From the IMG/VR virus record IMGVR_UViG_3300044673_000097, positions 1 through 64,000 of that record: DNA of 64,000 nt, one strand, 5' to 3'. The DNA is from a virus. The stretch's first letter is position 1. Each line of letters begins with the position of its first letter. The notes beneath the pieces are model-generated. The model was not told where the DNA came from and searched no databases. It worked only from the letters and a program-made list of their open reading frames with translations. Of the stretch, positions 39,721-49,924 are shown in pieces. Position numbers and translations under genes: made by a program.

Positions 39721-40110
39721 TCACTCCGCCTTTCGCGGCTTGGGTGCCGCTACGGTCAAGGCAGGGTGCTCCCCGCCGAATGTCGGATCGAACGGCACGC
39801 CGCACATGGCCGCCGTAGCCTGGTCAGCCGGCCACAATGCCCCGCCCTGGACCTCGTCGCGGTATTCGCGCCGGAAGGGAAGCTCCACGACAGCCTCGAC
39901 CATCGGGAAGGCGTAGTGCGGGATCGGCTTCTCGCCGGGCTCCAGAAACAGGTTGTGCGCCTCGTGACGCGGGCAGCCGGCGGGCAGCTCGTCGAGCTTC
40001 CACGCGGCCACCGCCTTGCGTCCAACGTACTTGCGCTGACCCGTGGCCTGCGCGAATTCCAGATCGAGCACGAGGAGACTTCCCCGCGCGAGCACTCGCA
40101 TCGTTTCCAT
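39721..40110 (-). CDS. hypothetical protein upstream of the sheath
   Basis: C-terminal GALWPADQATA. Confidence 0.65.
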   Translation of the reverse strand: METMRVLARGSLLVLDLEFAQATGQRKYVGRKAVAAWKLDELPAGCPRHEAHNLFLEPGEKPIPHYAFPMVEAVVELPFRREYRDEVQGGALWPADQATAAMCGVPFDPTFGGEHPALTVAAPKPRKAE

Positions 40111-40132
40111 ATCGGGTCGCCCTCTGATGAGG

Positions 40133-40846
40133 TCAGGTGTTGTTGGTGACGAACAGCGTTTGCTCGACCGTGGTCTCGCCCGCGTCGTCCTTGCTCGTGA
40201 TGTCGGTGGCGATCTGCGTCAGGCGCTCGTATTGCTCGAGCACGAATTCCTCGCGCTCACGCATGACCCACTCCATGATCAGCGCGCCGTGATGCGAATC
40301 GATCCCAACTTCCGAGGGAATGTGGGCGTACTCCGCCGAGGTGAAGGCGAAGGATTCAACGCCCGCATCGGTCAGGATGTCGATCCCGTTCTGGTAGCTG
40401 GGATCGCCGAAGTGCTTGACGGCCAGTTGCAGGCACGTCCGCATCGCCACGCGAATGGGCCCGAGCTTGACCGTCCACTCTTCGTCGAGCGGCGGGAGCA
40501 GGAACATGAGCGTGCCGGTGCATTCGGCGTCGTCGTAGACCTGTGTGCGCTGGAACAATCGTTCCTTGTCGCGCCACATGAACAGGGCGGGGCCGCTCCA
40601 CGTGCGGTTCGCCACACCGTTGGTCGGCTCGTGCGGATAGGTGTCGGCGACGACGTTGCTTCCATCGACGACGAGGCCCTTGGCTGCGACCCATGCGGCG
40701 TTCAGCTTCGTGTTGGCGAATGCCTTGAACGCGGCGAGCAGCTTCGTCAATGCCGGGTCGCAACTGTCGGCTAGGCCAGCCCCGCCGATGCCAACCTCTG
40801 GCGGAACCACCACCGAGCCAAGCTGGTCGGACCTCGGGTTAGCCAT
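40133..40846 (-). CDS. putative tail terminator/neck protein
   Basis: Position in the head-tail joining module. Confidence 0.55.
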   Translation of the reverse strand: MANPRSDQLGSVVVPPEVGIGGAGLADSCDPALTKLLAAFKAFANTKLNAAWVAAKGLVVDGSNVVADTYPHEPTNGVANRTWSGPALFMWRDKERLFQRTQVYDDAECTGTLMFLLPPLDEEWTVKLGPIRVAMRTCLQLAVKHFGDPSYQNGIDILTDAGVESFAFTSAEYAHIPSEVGIDSHHGALIMEWVMREREEFVLEQYERLTQIATDITSKDDAGETTVEQTLFVTNNT

Positions 40847-41300
40847 TGGATGCCACCGAATCGAGCGAGCGCTGAATCATCGCCGGAGCTCGCACGTTGA
40901 AGTGCTGCCGCGCGTGCTCAGAGAATCCGGCGCCTGCGGTCCCCGGGTGCTTGACGTGCCAGAATGCGACCCACGCGCCGACCTTGTACCAGTAGAAGCG
41001 CAACGGATGGCCTTCGCTCTTGGGGAAGATCCAGTGCGCCTTGGTGGGCTTGTCGACGAACAAGGCGTACTTCGCCGAGGTCTTCACCTCGCCAGCCCAC
41101 GAGAATGCGCCCTTGCGGGTCGTCTCGAAGGACATGGAATCGGTCAGCTTGCCGGTCTTGTTCTGGTAGCCGTATTCCTGCTGCGATTCCTTGGCGTCCT
41201 TGGTGGCACGCCAGAACGCCTCGAACCCTTCGTCGCCCATCCGTTGCTCGAGCTGCTTGAACGACTGGACGAACGGGCCGGTTTCGATTCGGACGAACAT
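40839..41300 (-). CDS. HK97 gp10-like neck protein
   Basis: KTGKLTDSM, YALFV..PTKAH.I, VKHPGT. Confidence 0.75.
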   Translation of the reverse strand: MFVRIETGPFVQSFKQLEQRMGDEGFEAFWRATKDAKESQQEYGYQNKTGKLTDSMSFETTRKGAFSWAGEVKTSAKYALFVDKPTKAHWIFPKSEGHPLRFYWYKVGAWVAFWHVKHPGTAGAGFSEHARQHFNVRAPAMIQRSLDSVASNG

Positions 41301-41749
41301 CAGAACGGCCCGTGCTCGATGTCGTCGAGGATGAATCGATCACCGACCGCGGGGGCGTAGGTTGTGCCGCCCACGGCCGCAGCGGTGGGTGCGGTCGAGC
41401 TGCCCATGCTGCGCTCGCCGCTCTTGAGCTCGCGGAGCATCTTCTGGGCGCGGTCGTAGCGCTTCTGCTCGGGGTTATCGGAGCTTTGCGGGCGTCGGAA
41501 TTCCGGCTTGCGCTCATAGCCGTAGAAGATCGCGAGGTCGACGCAGCACCGCTTGACGACACGCGGGATCGATCCCGTCATCGGCACCGTGTACCCGGGG
41601 CCGAGGATGGTATTCACGTCCGCCTCGGCGTCGGCGATCGCTTCGGTCACGAGCGCCGCGCTGATTCCGCCGCCGCCGTCGGAGAACAATTGCGCCAGAA
41701 GCGAATTGCCCACCGCGCTCACGAGGTCGGACTGGACGATGTAGGCCAC
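41300..41749 (-). CDS. head-tail adaptor (Mu gp36/DUF1320)
   Basis: AY...DL, AIADAEA.V, CVDLA.F, RYDRA.K.L. Confidence 0.85.
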   Translation of the reverse strand: MAYIVQSDLVSAVGNSLLAQLFSDGGGGISAALVTEAIADAEADVNTILGPGYTVPMTGSIPRVVKRCCVDLAIFYGYERKPEFRRPQSSDNPEQKRYDRAQKMLRELKSGERSMGSSTAPTAAAVGGTTYAPAVGDRFILDDIEHGPF

Positions 41750-41756
41750 GGTCGGG

Positions 41757-42056
41757 TCAGCCTTCCTCGTTGTCGTCGATCAGCACGTTCGGCTCGGGCT
41801 CGATCGCGCCGAGCTTCAGGTATCCGTCTCGGTCCTCGTCGCTGAGGTCGTCGACGATTGCGCTCGTGCGCACGTCGCGCAGGTCGCCCATTCGGTTGGT
41901 GTACCGAAGGCCGGTCAGCGCAACGTATCTGTTGGGCCGCTCCACAGCGACGGCGGCCACGACGCGCCCACGATCAACCATTGCTGGCTGAGGCGCGGGC
42001 GTCGTCGGGACCACCACCGGCTGCGGTCGCGTCTGGTATCGGTTCGCCTTGCTCAT
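41757..42056 (-). CDS. hypothetical protein
   Basis: Follows the capsid gene; ends YLKLGAIE. Confidence 0.6.
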   Translation of the reverse strand: MSKANRYQTRPQPVVVPTTPAPQPAMVDRGRVVAAVAVERPNRYVALTGLRYTNRMGDLRDVRTSAIVDDLSDEDRDGYLKLGAIEPEPNVLIDDNEEG

Positions 42057-42091
42057 GGCAGGTGTTTCCGATCACTCAGACCGCGTCAGGC

Positions 42092-43147
42092 TCACTGGTA
42101 CGCGGCGGTGTAGAGGTAGCCAGTCGCGGCGGCCACGACCTTGACATCCTCGTTGTACACGACGGCAACGCGCTCGCCGCCGTCCTGCCCGCGGCCCGAC
42201 TCGATCCAGCTCCGGAGGCGGAAGCCCGCGCCCGTGCTGGCCTTGCGCCAACGGAAGGTGCGCGCCGTGGGCACGTTCTCGCCGTTGGTCGTGGCGCCCG
42301 CGGGGACGTGGAGCAGCGTCACCGCATTGCCCCACAGGTACCCGTAGCTGCCGTCGGTCGTGCTCTTGCCCTTCATCCGCCCGATGACGAACGGAGGCAG
42401 GCCGAGCAGGCGGGCAATCGCCTGCGGATCGCTACCGAGCGACTGCGCGCCCGAGTAGCTGAAGTGCTTCGTCACGTTCGGGTTCTGGATGAACGCGAAG
42501 TACGTGCGCTCGCTCATCGCCACGTGGGTGATGGGCAGAAGGGCATTCTCGATGCCCGTCATGATGTCCTTGATCGGGTCGGAGCTGGCGCCGCCGTTCC
42601 ACTTGCTTCCCGCGGCGATCGCAGCGGTGAAGCCCGAGAACGCCGAGGCGCTCTGCAGGGCAGCGACCACGCGCTTTTCGTGGTGGAGCGTCACCACGTT
42701 CATGCACCGCTCGACGGCGGCCAGGCGGGGATTGACGCCCGCGTCGGCATTCGCCACGGCGCCCTGCGACACGAACGAGCTGATCCCGTACGGCTTGCAG
42801 GAGTAGTTGTCGGTCGACTTCTGCGGCGAGATCTCACTGAGCGCGGCATCCTCGCCGGCCATCTCGTCGGTGACCTCCTGGAACTTGTTGTCCTTGCTCC
42901 AGGTGTGGAAGGAATCGGAGGCCTTGTCCACCGGCAGCGGGGGCGCAACGATGTCCGCGATCGCCTCGCTCATGTTCGAGCCGTAGCCCGTCACGAAGCC
43001 TTCGAGCGCGCCGTTGATGTGCACGTCGCTGACGCTCAGCTCGCGCATCTCGAACGGCTTGCCGTCCACGTGCACGATCATGTTGTCTTCGTCGATCAGC
43101 CGAACACGGCCGTCGTCGGAGCGCAGCTTGATGAGATTGCCACTCAT
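42092..43147 (-). CDS. major capsid protein
   Basis: IADIVAPPLPV, KW...SDPIKDI; AGGA RBS; synteny. Confidence 0.88.
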   Translation of the reverse strand: MSGNLIKLRSDDGRVRLIDEDNMIVHVDGKPFEMRELSVSDVHINGALEGFVTGYGSNMSEAIADIVAPPLPVDKASDSFHTWSKDNKFQEVTDEMAGEDAALSEISPQKSTDNYSCKPYGISSFVSQGAVANADAGVNPRLAAVERCMNVVTLHHEKRVVAALQSASAFSGFTAAIAAGSKWNGGASSDPIKDIMTGIENALLPITHVAMSERTYFAFIQNPNVTKHFSYSGAQSLGSDPQAIARLLGLPPFVIGRMKGKSTTDGSYGYLWGNAVTLLHVPAGATTNGENVPTARTFRWRKASTGAGFRLRSWIESGRGQDGGERVAVVYNEDVKVVAAATGYLYTAAYQ

Positions 43148-43172
43148 TGGGAATTTCCTTTCCTGCTCACGC

Positions 43173-43610
43173 TCACGCCGACTTCGGCAGCGTGTGAGGG
43201 TTGACGTTGATGACGAACAGGTCGTTGTCCGCAGCGGCGGCGAGCAGGCAGGTGCCCAGCTCTTCGGTCGCGGCGGCGGCGGACGCGAGAATCACGTCTC
43301 CCTCGCTGCCGGCCACGTCGCAGATCATGACCTTCTGGCCCGAGGCAATCGCCTCACCCGCCTTGGCGATGGCGGGACCCATCACGGTCACCTTGCCGTA
43401 GCCACCGGCGGGAATCGATTCGGTCGTGATGCCGGCAGTCTTGGCGCGGCCACCACCGGCGCCCGGGAGCGCGACGGCGAAGGGCTTGCCGGACACGGCC
43501 TCGAACAGGACCGCCCGATTCGCGTCGATCGCGGTCGCGGCGTTGTTGAAGCAGACGATATTGACGGGGTGCGAGCCAGCGGGCAGCGCAACCTGAGCAT
43601 GCTGTGCCAT
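43173..43610 (-). CDS. capsid cement/decoration protein (DUF2190-like)
   Basis: AGIT, G..V.V.G...AKAGEAIASGQKV, G.CL.AAAD.D. Confidence 0.75.
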   Translation of the reverse strand: MAQHAQVALPAGSHPVNIVCFNNAATAIDANRAVLFEAVSGKPFAVALPGAGGGRAKTAGITTESIPAGGYGKVTVMGPAIAKAGEAIASGQKVMICDVAGSEGDVILASAAAATEELGTCLLAAAADNDLFVINVNPHTLPKSA

Positions 43611-43645
43611 GAGATCTTCTCCTCTACGAAGTTGCGGTCAGCGAC

Positions 43646-45637
43646 TCAGGCCGACGCCTTGGCGAGTTCGTATTCGTTGAGGGCGCGCGAATACGCGTCC
43701 ATGTACGAGAGGCCGGACTTGCGCAGTTCGGCGATGCGGGCATTGAGCGGGCTCTCGCCGGTCTCCGCGGTGGCGCGCTGGGTGTTGGTGGAATCGGCGG
43801 GCTTGACCACGCGGTCGAGCAGCGCCTTGCGGGGCGGCTCTTCCTGCGCGGGGTACAGCTTGCGGAACGCCTCGGGCGCCGCCTTCGCCGTCACGAGCAG
43901 CGCATCGCGCTTGCTCTCGGGCTCGCGTCCGCTCTTGATCAGCGCTTCGACCATGTCGACGATCGCGCGCTCCTCGGCCTCGCGGTACTTCGCGACGGTC
44001 GATTCGGCATCGGCCGCACGCTGCTCGGCGGCGGTGGCCTTGTCGGTGGCGGCCTTGACCGCGAGATCGCGATCGGCAATCGCGCGCACGGCGCTGTCCA
44101 CGTCCTGGCAGCCCAGCACTGCGGCGAGTGCCGCCGGGAGCGTCTCGACCTGATGAGACTTGTTTTCGGGCATGACTACCTGCTCCTCCGGCGGGGCCGG
44201 GATTGGAGACGGCGCCGCACCCTGCGACACCGTAATTGCATTGGTCGTTGTGGCTGCAGTCGCGGGAACGCCGGGGATCTCGACGTAATGACTGCGGGCC
44301 TGGAATTCTCGAAGCTGATTGGCGAGCGTGTTCGGATTGCTCGGCACCGGCACGACGCTGATCTCGACCAGCTCGGCTTCCTCGATGATGAGAACCTCGT
44401 CGGCGTTCGAATTGCCGTCGCGCTTCTCCCATCGGTACTTGAGCGGGACGAATCCGACCGACAGCCCGCGGATGATCTTCTTGACCATCTTGCGGAACAC
44501 CGTTTCGGCCTTGGGCTCGTCGTCGAATTGAAGGTCGGCGATGAGCTGCGAGCCATCGATGCGGGCGACCGTCTTGCCGAGCACGTCCTCGGGCTCTGGC
44601 GAATCCCACCCGCCGGTCTTGTGCGCCCAGATCAGGACGGGATTTCGCAGGTATCGGTCGAGCTTCCAGCCATTGGCCTTGATGATCGAACCGTGCGAAT
44701 CCTCGGTCTCGTCGGACGCGATGCAGCCGCGAATGGTGCGGGCGCCCTCGTCCACCTCGCGCGTGTCGTCCACAGCGACATAGGCGCGCAGGAACGGCTG
44801 AGGCGAGGGCCGATTCGGCTGCGTCGTCGTGGTATCAGCAGGCATTGCAATCTCCCTCTCGGGGACAATCAGGCCGAACGCGTACAGCGTCGTGATGCAT
44901 TGACATCGGGCGTGCGCACTCGGCCCGGGCAGCGAGAACGAAAAGCCGATCGGCCGAATCTCTCCGTGGGCCGCACGGCACTTGACGCATGCGTCCGACC
45001 GCGAATCCCAGCGAAGGCACACGACCACGATCGGCTGCTTGCCGTCGCCTTCTGCTCGCGTCTCGGCTCCGTCGAATGCGCGCAGGTCCGATTCGGACTT
45101 CGCCACCTTGAAGCCGAGTGCCGTCGTCGCCGACTCGCTCATTTCCGAGAGCGACGATTCGGCCGCGCGACGACCGTTCGTGTACGCGTTGGTCGCCTCG
45201 GATTCGATGATCGTGTCGGTGTGGTACGCGGCTCGCTCGAAAGCTGCTGCTGCGTCCGACTCGGTTGCCTTCGCAGCGGCCACCATCGATCGAGCTGTCT
45301 CGACGGCGTTGTCGATGTACTGCTCGACATCCGCGGGCGACGGGTCATCGCCGATGCTGATTGCGACGTTCCCGGCGCCGTCACCGATCATCGCTCGCAA
45401 TTCGGCCAGCACGTGGGCCAGGGCAAGCTGGTGAGCCTGCGACCTGGCCGCCTGAATCCGGATTGCGATGGCGCTTCGAAGGCGCTCGTAGACCGTCTCC
45501 GAATCGACGACCTGTGCGAGCGCCTTGTATGCGCGTGCCGTGTCTGCCTTCGCCGACTCGACGGATGCGGCGCACTCGTTGGCGTGCCTCTCCGTCAGCG
45601 CGACCATGCGCGCTCGGATGTCAGCGAGCGTTCCCAT
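43646..45637 (-). CDS. fusion: MuF-like head morphogenesis domain + HK97 prohead protease + scaffold
   Basis: CVKC...HARCQC; ASDETEDSHG, NPVLIWAH, GLSVGF, EISVVPVPSNP; helical C-terminus. Confidence 0.85.
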   Translation of the reverse strand: MGTLADIRARMVALTERHANECAASVESAKADTARAYKALAQVVDSETVYERLRSAIAIRIQAARSQAHQLALAHVLAELRAMIGDGAGNVAISIGDDPSPADVEQYIDNAVETARSMVAAAKATESDAAAAFERAAYHTDTIIESEATNAYTNGRRAAESSLSEMSESATTALGFKVAKSESDLRAFDGAETRAEGDGKQPIVVVCLRWDSRSDACVKCRAAHGEIRPIGFSFSLPGPSAHARCQCITTLYAFGLIVPEREIAMPADTTTTQPNRPSPQPFLRAYVAVDDTREVDEGARTIRGCIASDETEDSHGSIIKANGWKLDRYLRNPVLIWAHKTGGWDSPEPEDVLGKTVARIDGSQLIADLQFDDEPKAETVFRKMVKKIIRGLSVGFVPLKYRWEKRDGNSNADEVLIIEEAELVEISVVPVPSNPNTLANQLREFQARSHYVEIPGVPATAATTTNAITVSQGAAPSPIPAPPEEQVVMPENKSHQVETLPAALAAVLGCQDVDSAVRAIADRDLAVKAATDKATAAEQRAADAESTVAKYREAEERAIVDMVEALIKSGREPESKRDALLVTAKAAPEAFRKLYPAQEEPPRKALLDRVVKPADSTNTQRATAETGESPLNARIAELRKSGLSYMDAYSRALNEYELAKASA

Positions 45638-45648
45638 TCAGGCTCGAA

Positions 45649-46305
45649 TCAGGCCAGCGGCTTGCGCTTGTAGACGAGCTGCACGCGGCTCACGATCACG
45701 TCGTCGGTGCCGAGCGTGCCGTCCTTCGGCTTGATGCTCATGGTGACGTTGGACCCGGTCGCAGCGAGGTTCGCGAGCGCGAGGGTCAGCGAGACTTCCT
45801 GAAGCGTCTTGGCTGCAGCGTCGCCCGTCATCGCCGAGGTATCGCCACCGAAGTCGGCATCGGCGTCATGCAGCGCGCCGACGACGTTGTTGTAGCAAGC
45901 GATGGTGAACTTGGTCGCGTCGCCGACGGTGTTTCCGGTCTTGGACGCCTCGACCTTGAGGTAGGCATTCGCCGTGATGTCCATGTCCGCGGGCATCGTG
46001 AAGCGCGTGAAAACCGCGGTCTGCCCCGCCTGATTGTTCCAGCGAATCCCCATGCACTTCGAATCAGCGAGCGTCACGCCGGGAGCCGACGCGCCCGCAT
46101 TGTCCGCGAACGCAGCCATGGGCGTTCCCGCGGCGAGGATGGCGCCGGTCAGGTCGATGTCGAGCGTCGCGTTCGAGCTCGTCGCGCTCGTCTTGACGTA
46201 CGTCGCAACGGCCTCGAGCTCGCGGGCCATGCGCTCGACCTTGAGCGCGTTGTCTTCGATCTGCCCGAACGAGGGGACCGTAGTCGGGAATCCAGCAGTG
46301 CTCAT
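45649..46305 (-). CDS. hypothetical virion protein
   Basis: 218 aa, beta-rich; coupled to the portal gene. Confidence 0.6.
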   Translation of the reverse strand: MSTAGFPTTVPSFGQIEDNALKVERMARELEAVATYVKTSATSSNATLDIDLTGAILAAGTPMAAFADNAGASAPGVTLADSKCMGIRWNNQAGQTAVFTRFTMPADMDITANAYLKVEASKTGNTVGDATKFTIACYNNVVGALHDADADFGGDTSAMTGDAAAKTLQEVSLTLALANLAATGSNVTMSIKPKDGTLGTDDVIVSRVQLVYKRKPLA

Positions 46306-47759
46306 TCGTCTTCTCCATCGCCCTCGTCGGGCTGGGTTGAATCGTCCTTCGCGTCGGTGGAGTCGCCCTCCATGTCGGGCATCACCGGCGGGGTATCGCT
46401 CGCAGGCTCATCCGGTTCGACAGGCTCGGGCTCGTCGTCCTCCGGGTCCTTCTCGACGGGCGCCACATAGGCCACGGCCGTGCCGTCCTTGCTCATCACC
46501 ACGTCGCCGGGGACAGCGTGCGGGATTCCGAATCGCTCGGACGCCCACACCGTCGGGACCGGCACGCCCTTGTCGACGAGCCCCGTCACCGTCTCCATCG
46601 CCAGCTTGTCGTCTTCCGCCGGCTCCACCTTCGTGTGGTAGGTCGGCAGGTACTTGTCAGCCGCAGCTCGACCGAAGTTCAGAATCACGAGCGGTCGCAC
46701 AACGAACTGCTGAACAGCCTCGTCCCACGCGCGCCCATCGACGCAGATGATCTCGTCCTGATCCTTGCTCTGCGTCTCGGCCTGCGCACCCTCGCCGCGC
46801 TTGCTCGTGCCCGTGGTCAAGTGACCGCCGAGCACGGCCTCGGATTCCTGCGCGTCGCACAGGTCAATCAGGCCCGTGTGCGGCGTGTTCGATCCAGCCG
46901 TCCCGGATTGCGAGCCCTGCCCTTTGAAGGACAGCGAGAATGCGTCCGAATGGGCGACGGCGCCGAGGCCCGATGCGACCTTCTGCGCCACGCCATGCGC
47001 GTCTTCGATGTCCTGCGCTGAGGCAGTCGTGGAGTTGCCGCTCTTCCACTCGACATCGACGAGCGACTTGCCGCGCGACTCGACGAACACCATCATGTCG
47101 CGCCACGCGAACCTCTTGAACCCCATCGGGTAGGCGATGATTCGCCCGAGGCCTTCGCGCGTCGGGTATTCGTCCGCGAGCTTCGGCTCGAAGATGAAGA
47201 ACTTCCCCTCCCACTGCGGGTCGCCGGGGAAGACGCCCGTCGAATTGCCGTAGCCGTCGCCCACGTACAGGCGGAACTGCTCGTCGTAGTCCAGCCGACG
47301 GTTGTGGATGAACTCGAGTCGGTCGATCAGCCAATCGCCATTGGTGCGCCGCCAGATGAGTTCCCGCGCGGAGACGCCGTAGAAGGTGCCCCACAGGAGC
47401 CCGCGGCAATGCGTCTGCCAATTCGGGATCTGCGCGATGGCCTCCCGTACGAACTGCGCGACCAGCTCTGCGCCTGCGCGGTCAGCCTCGTTGTCCTCCC
47501 CGAACTTCGCCGGCAGAATATCGAAAGGCTTGTTCGCGACAGACGAGAAGCGCTTGGACAGCACCGAGAACGCGTGCGGGTCGCCTTCGAGAAGCTCCCG
47601 CAATACGTCGACGTACGTCTGCCGATCGCCCTGCTCGGCGTACCGCATGGCCGAACCGATTGCGGCCACCGTCGCCCTCGCGCCGTAGTGCACAGGGAAC
47701 CGATCGTTCGGGTCCGGGCGCACATATTGGCGCTCGAGCTGTGCGAGGCGGATGGGCAT
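46302..47759 (-). CDS. portal protein (Mu gp29/DUF935)
   Basis: DPHAFSVLSKR, YGVSARELIW, GLGR, SEAVLGGHLTT. Confidence 0.9.
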   Translation of the reverse strand: MPIRLAQLERQYVRPDPNDRFPVHYGARATVAAIGSAMRYAEQGDRQTYVDVLRELLEGDPHAFSVLSKRFSSVANKPFDILPAKFGEDNEADRAGAELVAQFVREAIAQIPNWQTHCRGLLWGTFYGVSARELIWRRTNGDWLIDRLEFIHNRRLDYDEQFRLYVGDGYGNSTGVFPGDPQWEGKFFIFEPKLADEYPTREGLGRIIAYPMGFKRFAWRDMMVFVESRGKSLVDVEWKSGNSTTASAQDIEDAHGVAQKVASGLGAVAHSDAFSLSFKGQGSQSGTAGSNTPHTGLIDLCDAQESEAVLGGHLTTGTSKRGEGAQAETQSKDQDEIICVDGRAWDEAVQQFVVRPLVILNFGRAAADKYLPTYHTKVEPAEDDKLAMETVTGLVDKGVPVPTVWASERFGIPHAVPGDVVMSKDGTAVAYVAPVEKDPEDDEPEPVEPDEPASDTPPVMPDMEGDSTDAKDDSTQPDEGDGEDE

Positions 47760-47768
47760 GGTGTTCGG

Positions 47769-49142
47769 CTATTCGTCGTCAAAGCAGCTTGTGCGAGCGA
47801 AGGTTGAGGCGCGGGATTGGGGCGCCTGCTGAGGGCCGATCATCAGGAACGTCAGCCCCCACACGAGCGCGTCGACGCGGTCTGGTGAGCCGTCATCGTT
47901 GACGGGGTCCCATGCGCACATCTGGTCTTCGAGCTTGGCGAGCACTCCGACGTGGTGCACCCTGCCTTGCTCGTAGAGCGCCGAGATGGGCTCGGCTCGC
48001 GTCATCTTCCCGCGACTCGCGTGCACGCCCTCATACGGGATCGTGTTGCGCGCCGTCCGCACGTTGGACTCGACGAGGTCGCCGCCGTTGTTCGTCTCGC
48101 CGATGACCTTGTCGGCCCTGTGCGAATCGAATGCGGCAACGGCTCGAGCGGCCCATTGCGCCGGGGGAAAGATTCCGGACTTGTCGTCGAGCACGTAGGC
48201 GTGGCCGTCGATGCCGAGGCCCACAACCACGATGCCCGTTTCGTTGCTCTTCGGGTTCGCCGTGACCGCCGGGTCGATCGCTACGACCACCCTGCGCAGC
48301 TCTGGCGCCGTCGCAACCCTGAGCGCGTCAATCCGTGGCCGTTGCCACAGCGCGCCGGGATTGTCTTCGAGCACCTCGGCCTGAAGCTCCTGCCTGCCGA
48401 GTCGCGTCCCCTCGTACTGCCGGATGATGGCATCGAAGAACGCGGGCGCCAGGTTCGATCGATTCTCGTAGGTCGTGCCGCGCGTCACCGCAACGTCATT
48501 GCCGTTGCGAGCGAGCAGCGCCTTGACCAACGGAATCGGCCGGGGGGTCGTCGTGACGATTCCCTGCGGCGTGGCCCCCAATCGGAAGCCGAGTTGCAAT
48601 TGCGTCCACGCGTCGGGATAGCGCCATGACGCCAACTCTTCGGCCCAGAACGCGTCGCACTGCTTGCCGCGGAATCGGTCTGGCTTCTCGGCACTGATGC
48701 ACAATGCCTTCGCGCCGTTCGGCCATTCGACGCGGCCACGATTCGCCACGTACGTCGGCTTGCACCATGGCGAGGCAGTCGCGAGAATCCCCGACTCGCC
48801 TTCGATCATGATGTCGCGCAGGTCGTCCGCAGTCGGCGCGGCGAGAATGATTCTCTTCGCCTTGCCCGTCTCGACCTTCTCGCGAATCCACTCAGCACCG
48901 CACCGGGTCTTGCCGAATCCTCGACCTGCGAGAATCAGCCAGATGACCCACTGCCAATCCGGCGCAATCTGCTTGGGTCGGGCAATCAGCCCGCGCCAAT
49001 CGTACAGGAGCGAACGCGCGACAGCTTCAGGCAGGCTCGCCAGAATCTCCGCCCGCTGGTTCGCCGTCAGGCTTTCCAGCAAGCGCCGCAATTCGCTCGG
49101 CGAGCATGCTTCGGGCATCTTCGATGGGGATGGCGCCACCAT
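47769..49142 (-). CDS. terL: terminase large subunit (start uncertain, possibly TTG 49082)
   Basis: AGRGFGKT Walker A, WAEE Walker B, VAIDPA, SPDRVDA. Confidence 0.95.
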   Translation of the reverse strand: MVAPSPSKMPEACSPSELRRLLESLTANQRAEILASLPEAVARSLLYDWRGLIARPKQIAPDWQWVIWLILAGRGFGKTRCGAEWIREKVETGKAKRIILAAPTADDLRDIMIEGESGILATASPWCKPTYVANRGRVEWPNGAKALCISAEKPDRFRGKQCDAFWAEELASWRYPDAWTQLQLGFRLGATPQGIVTTTPRPIPLVKALLARNGNDVAVTRGTTYENRSNLAPAFFDAIIRQYEGTRLGRQELQAEVLEDNPGALWQRPRIDALRVATAPELRRVVVAIDPAVTANPKSNETGIVVVGLGIDGHAYVLDDKSGIFPPAQWAARAVAAFDSHRADKVIGETNNGGDLVESNVRTARNTIPYEGVHASRGKMTRAEPISALYEQGRVHHVGVLAKLEDQMCAWDPVNDDGSPDRVDALVWGLTFLMIGPQQAPQSRASTFARTSCFDDE

Positions 49143-49506
49143 CGGGGCCGCTCACTTCCTGTTTCGTCGGGGCGTCGAGCCCGAGCAACTTCGCTCGTCG
49201 CTCCATGATCTTCAGGGCCGTCTCGATCTTGCGCGCATCGCCCTTGTCGATGTCTTCGCGCATCGCGACGAGCATGCCGTCGAGCCGCTCCAATTCGATC
49301 TGGCGCAACTCGGCAGCCTTCTCGGCGGATTCCGCTTGCAGCTTCGCGAGTTCATCGGACACGAGCTTGTAGGCCCATCCGACACTGCAGCCCATCTCGG
49401 CGGCGATGTCCCGATACGACAGCCCCTTGACCCGAAGCGCGAATGCCCGCGTGGTCTGCTCTGCAACGGTGCAGGCATTCGGGGTAGTGGCGTTTTTGTC
49501 GGGCAT
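49027..49506 (-). CDS. terS: terminase small subunit
   Basis: GLSYRDIAAEMG HTH, RRAKLLGLDAP, EVSGPDGGAI. Confidence 0.85.
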   Translation of the reverse strand: MPDKNATTPNACTVAEQTTRAFALRVKGLSYRDIAAEMGCSVGWAYKLVSDELAKLQAESAEKAAELRQIELERLDGMLVAMREDIDKGDARKIETALKIMERRAKLLGLDAPTKQEVSGPDGGAIPIEDARSMLAERIAALAGKPDGEPAGGDSGEPA

Positions 49507-49924
49507 TGTTCACGCCGTAGACGGCGTTCATAGTGACTCCCGCCCTCAAACCCCAGCACCGGGCCGGGATTGGTAGCGAGAGTCGAACCAAAAGCCCGCC
49601 GAGAGAGCGCATCGTCGAGAGGCGCGGCGGGATGACAGGAAGGCCCCGCCAGCGATTAGACCAGCGAGGCAGGCATCGCGAATCCGCGTGTGGAGGCGGA
49701 CTCCCCGGCGTGCGCGAAACGCGCTCGGCGTGCTGCGGGGCCTTGAAGAGCAGCCCCGAGGATTTGCAGACCGGGAGGTATCGGTCGCGGGTGCCGGGGC
49801 AGTCCACCCGTGGGCGAGCAAGGGGAGTCGCACCGAGAGACTTTGGCTACGCGTCGAGCGTAGGCGTCCTGTGGAGTTGCCGAACAATTCGTAACGCGCA
49901 AGTCTTCTACCTCGCGTGCGCGCG

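Noticed and set aside
7795-49500. Many long plus-strand ORFs antisense to structural genes (e.g. 35291-36955, 38460-39818)
   Set aside because: Shadow ORFs typical of high-GC DNA, with no motifs; the minus strand carries recognisable genes.
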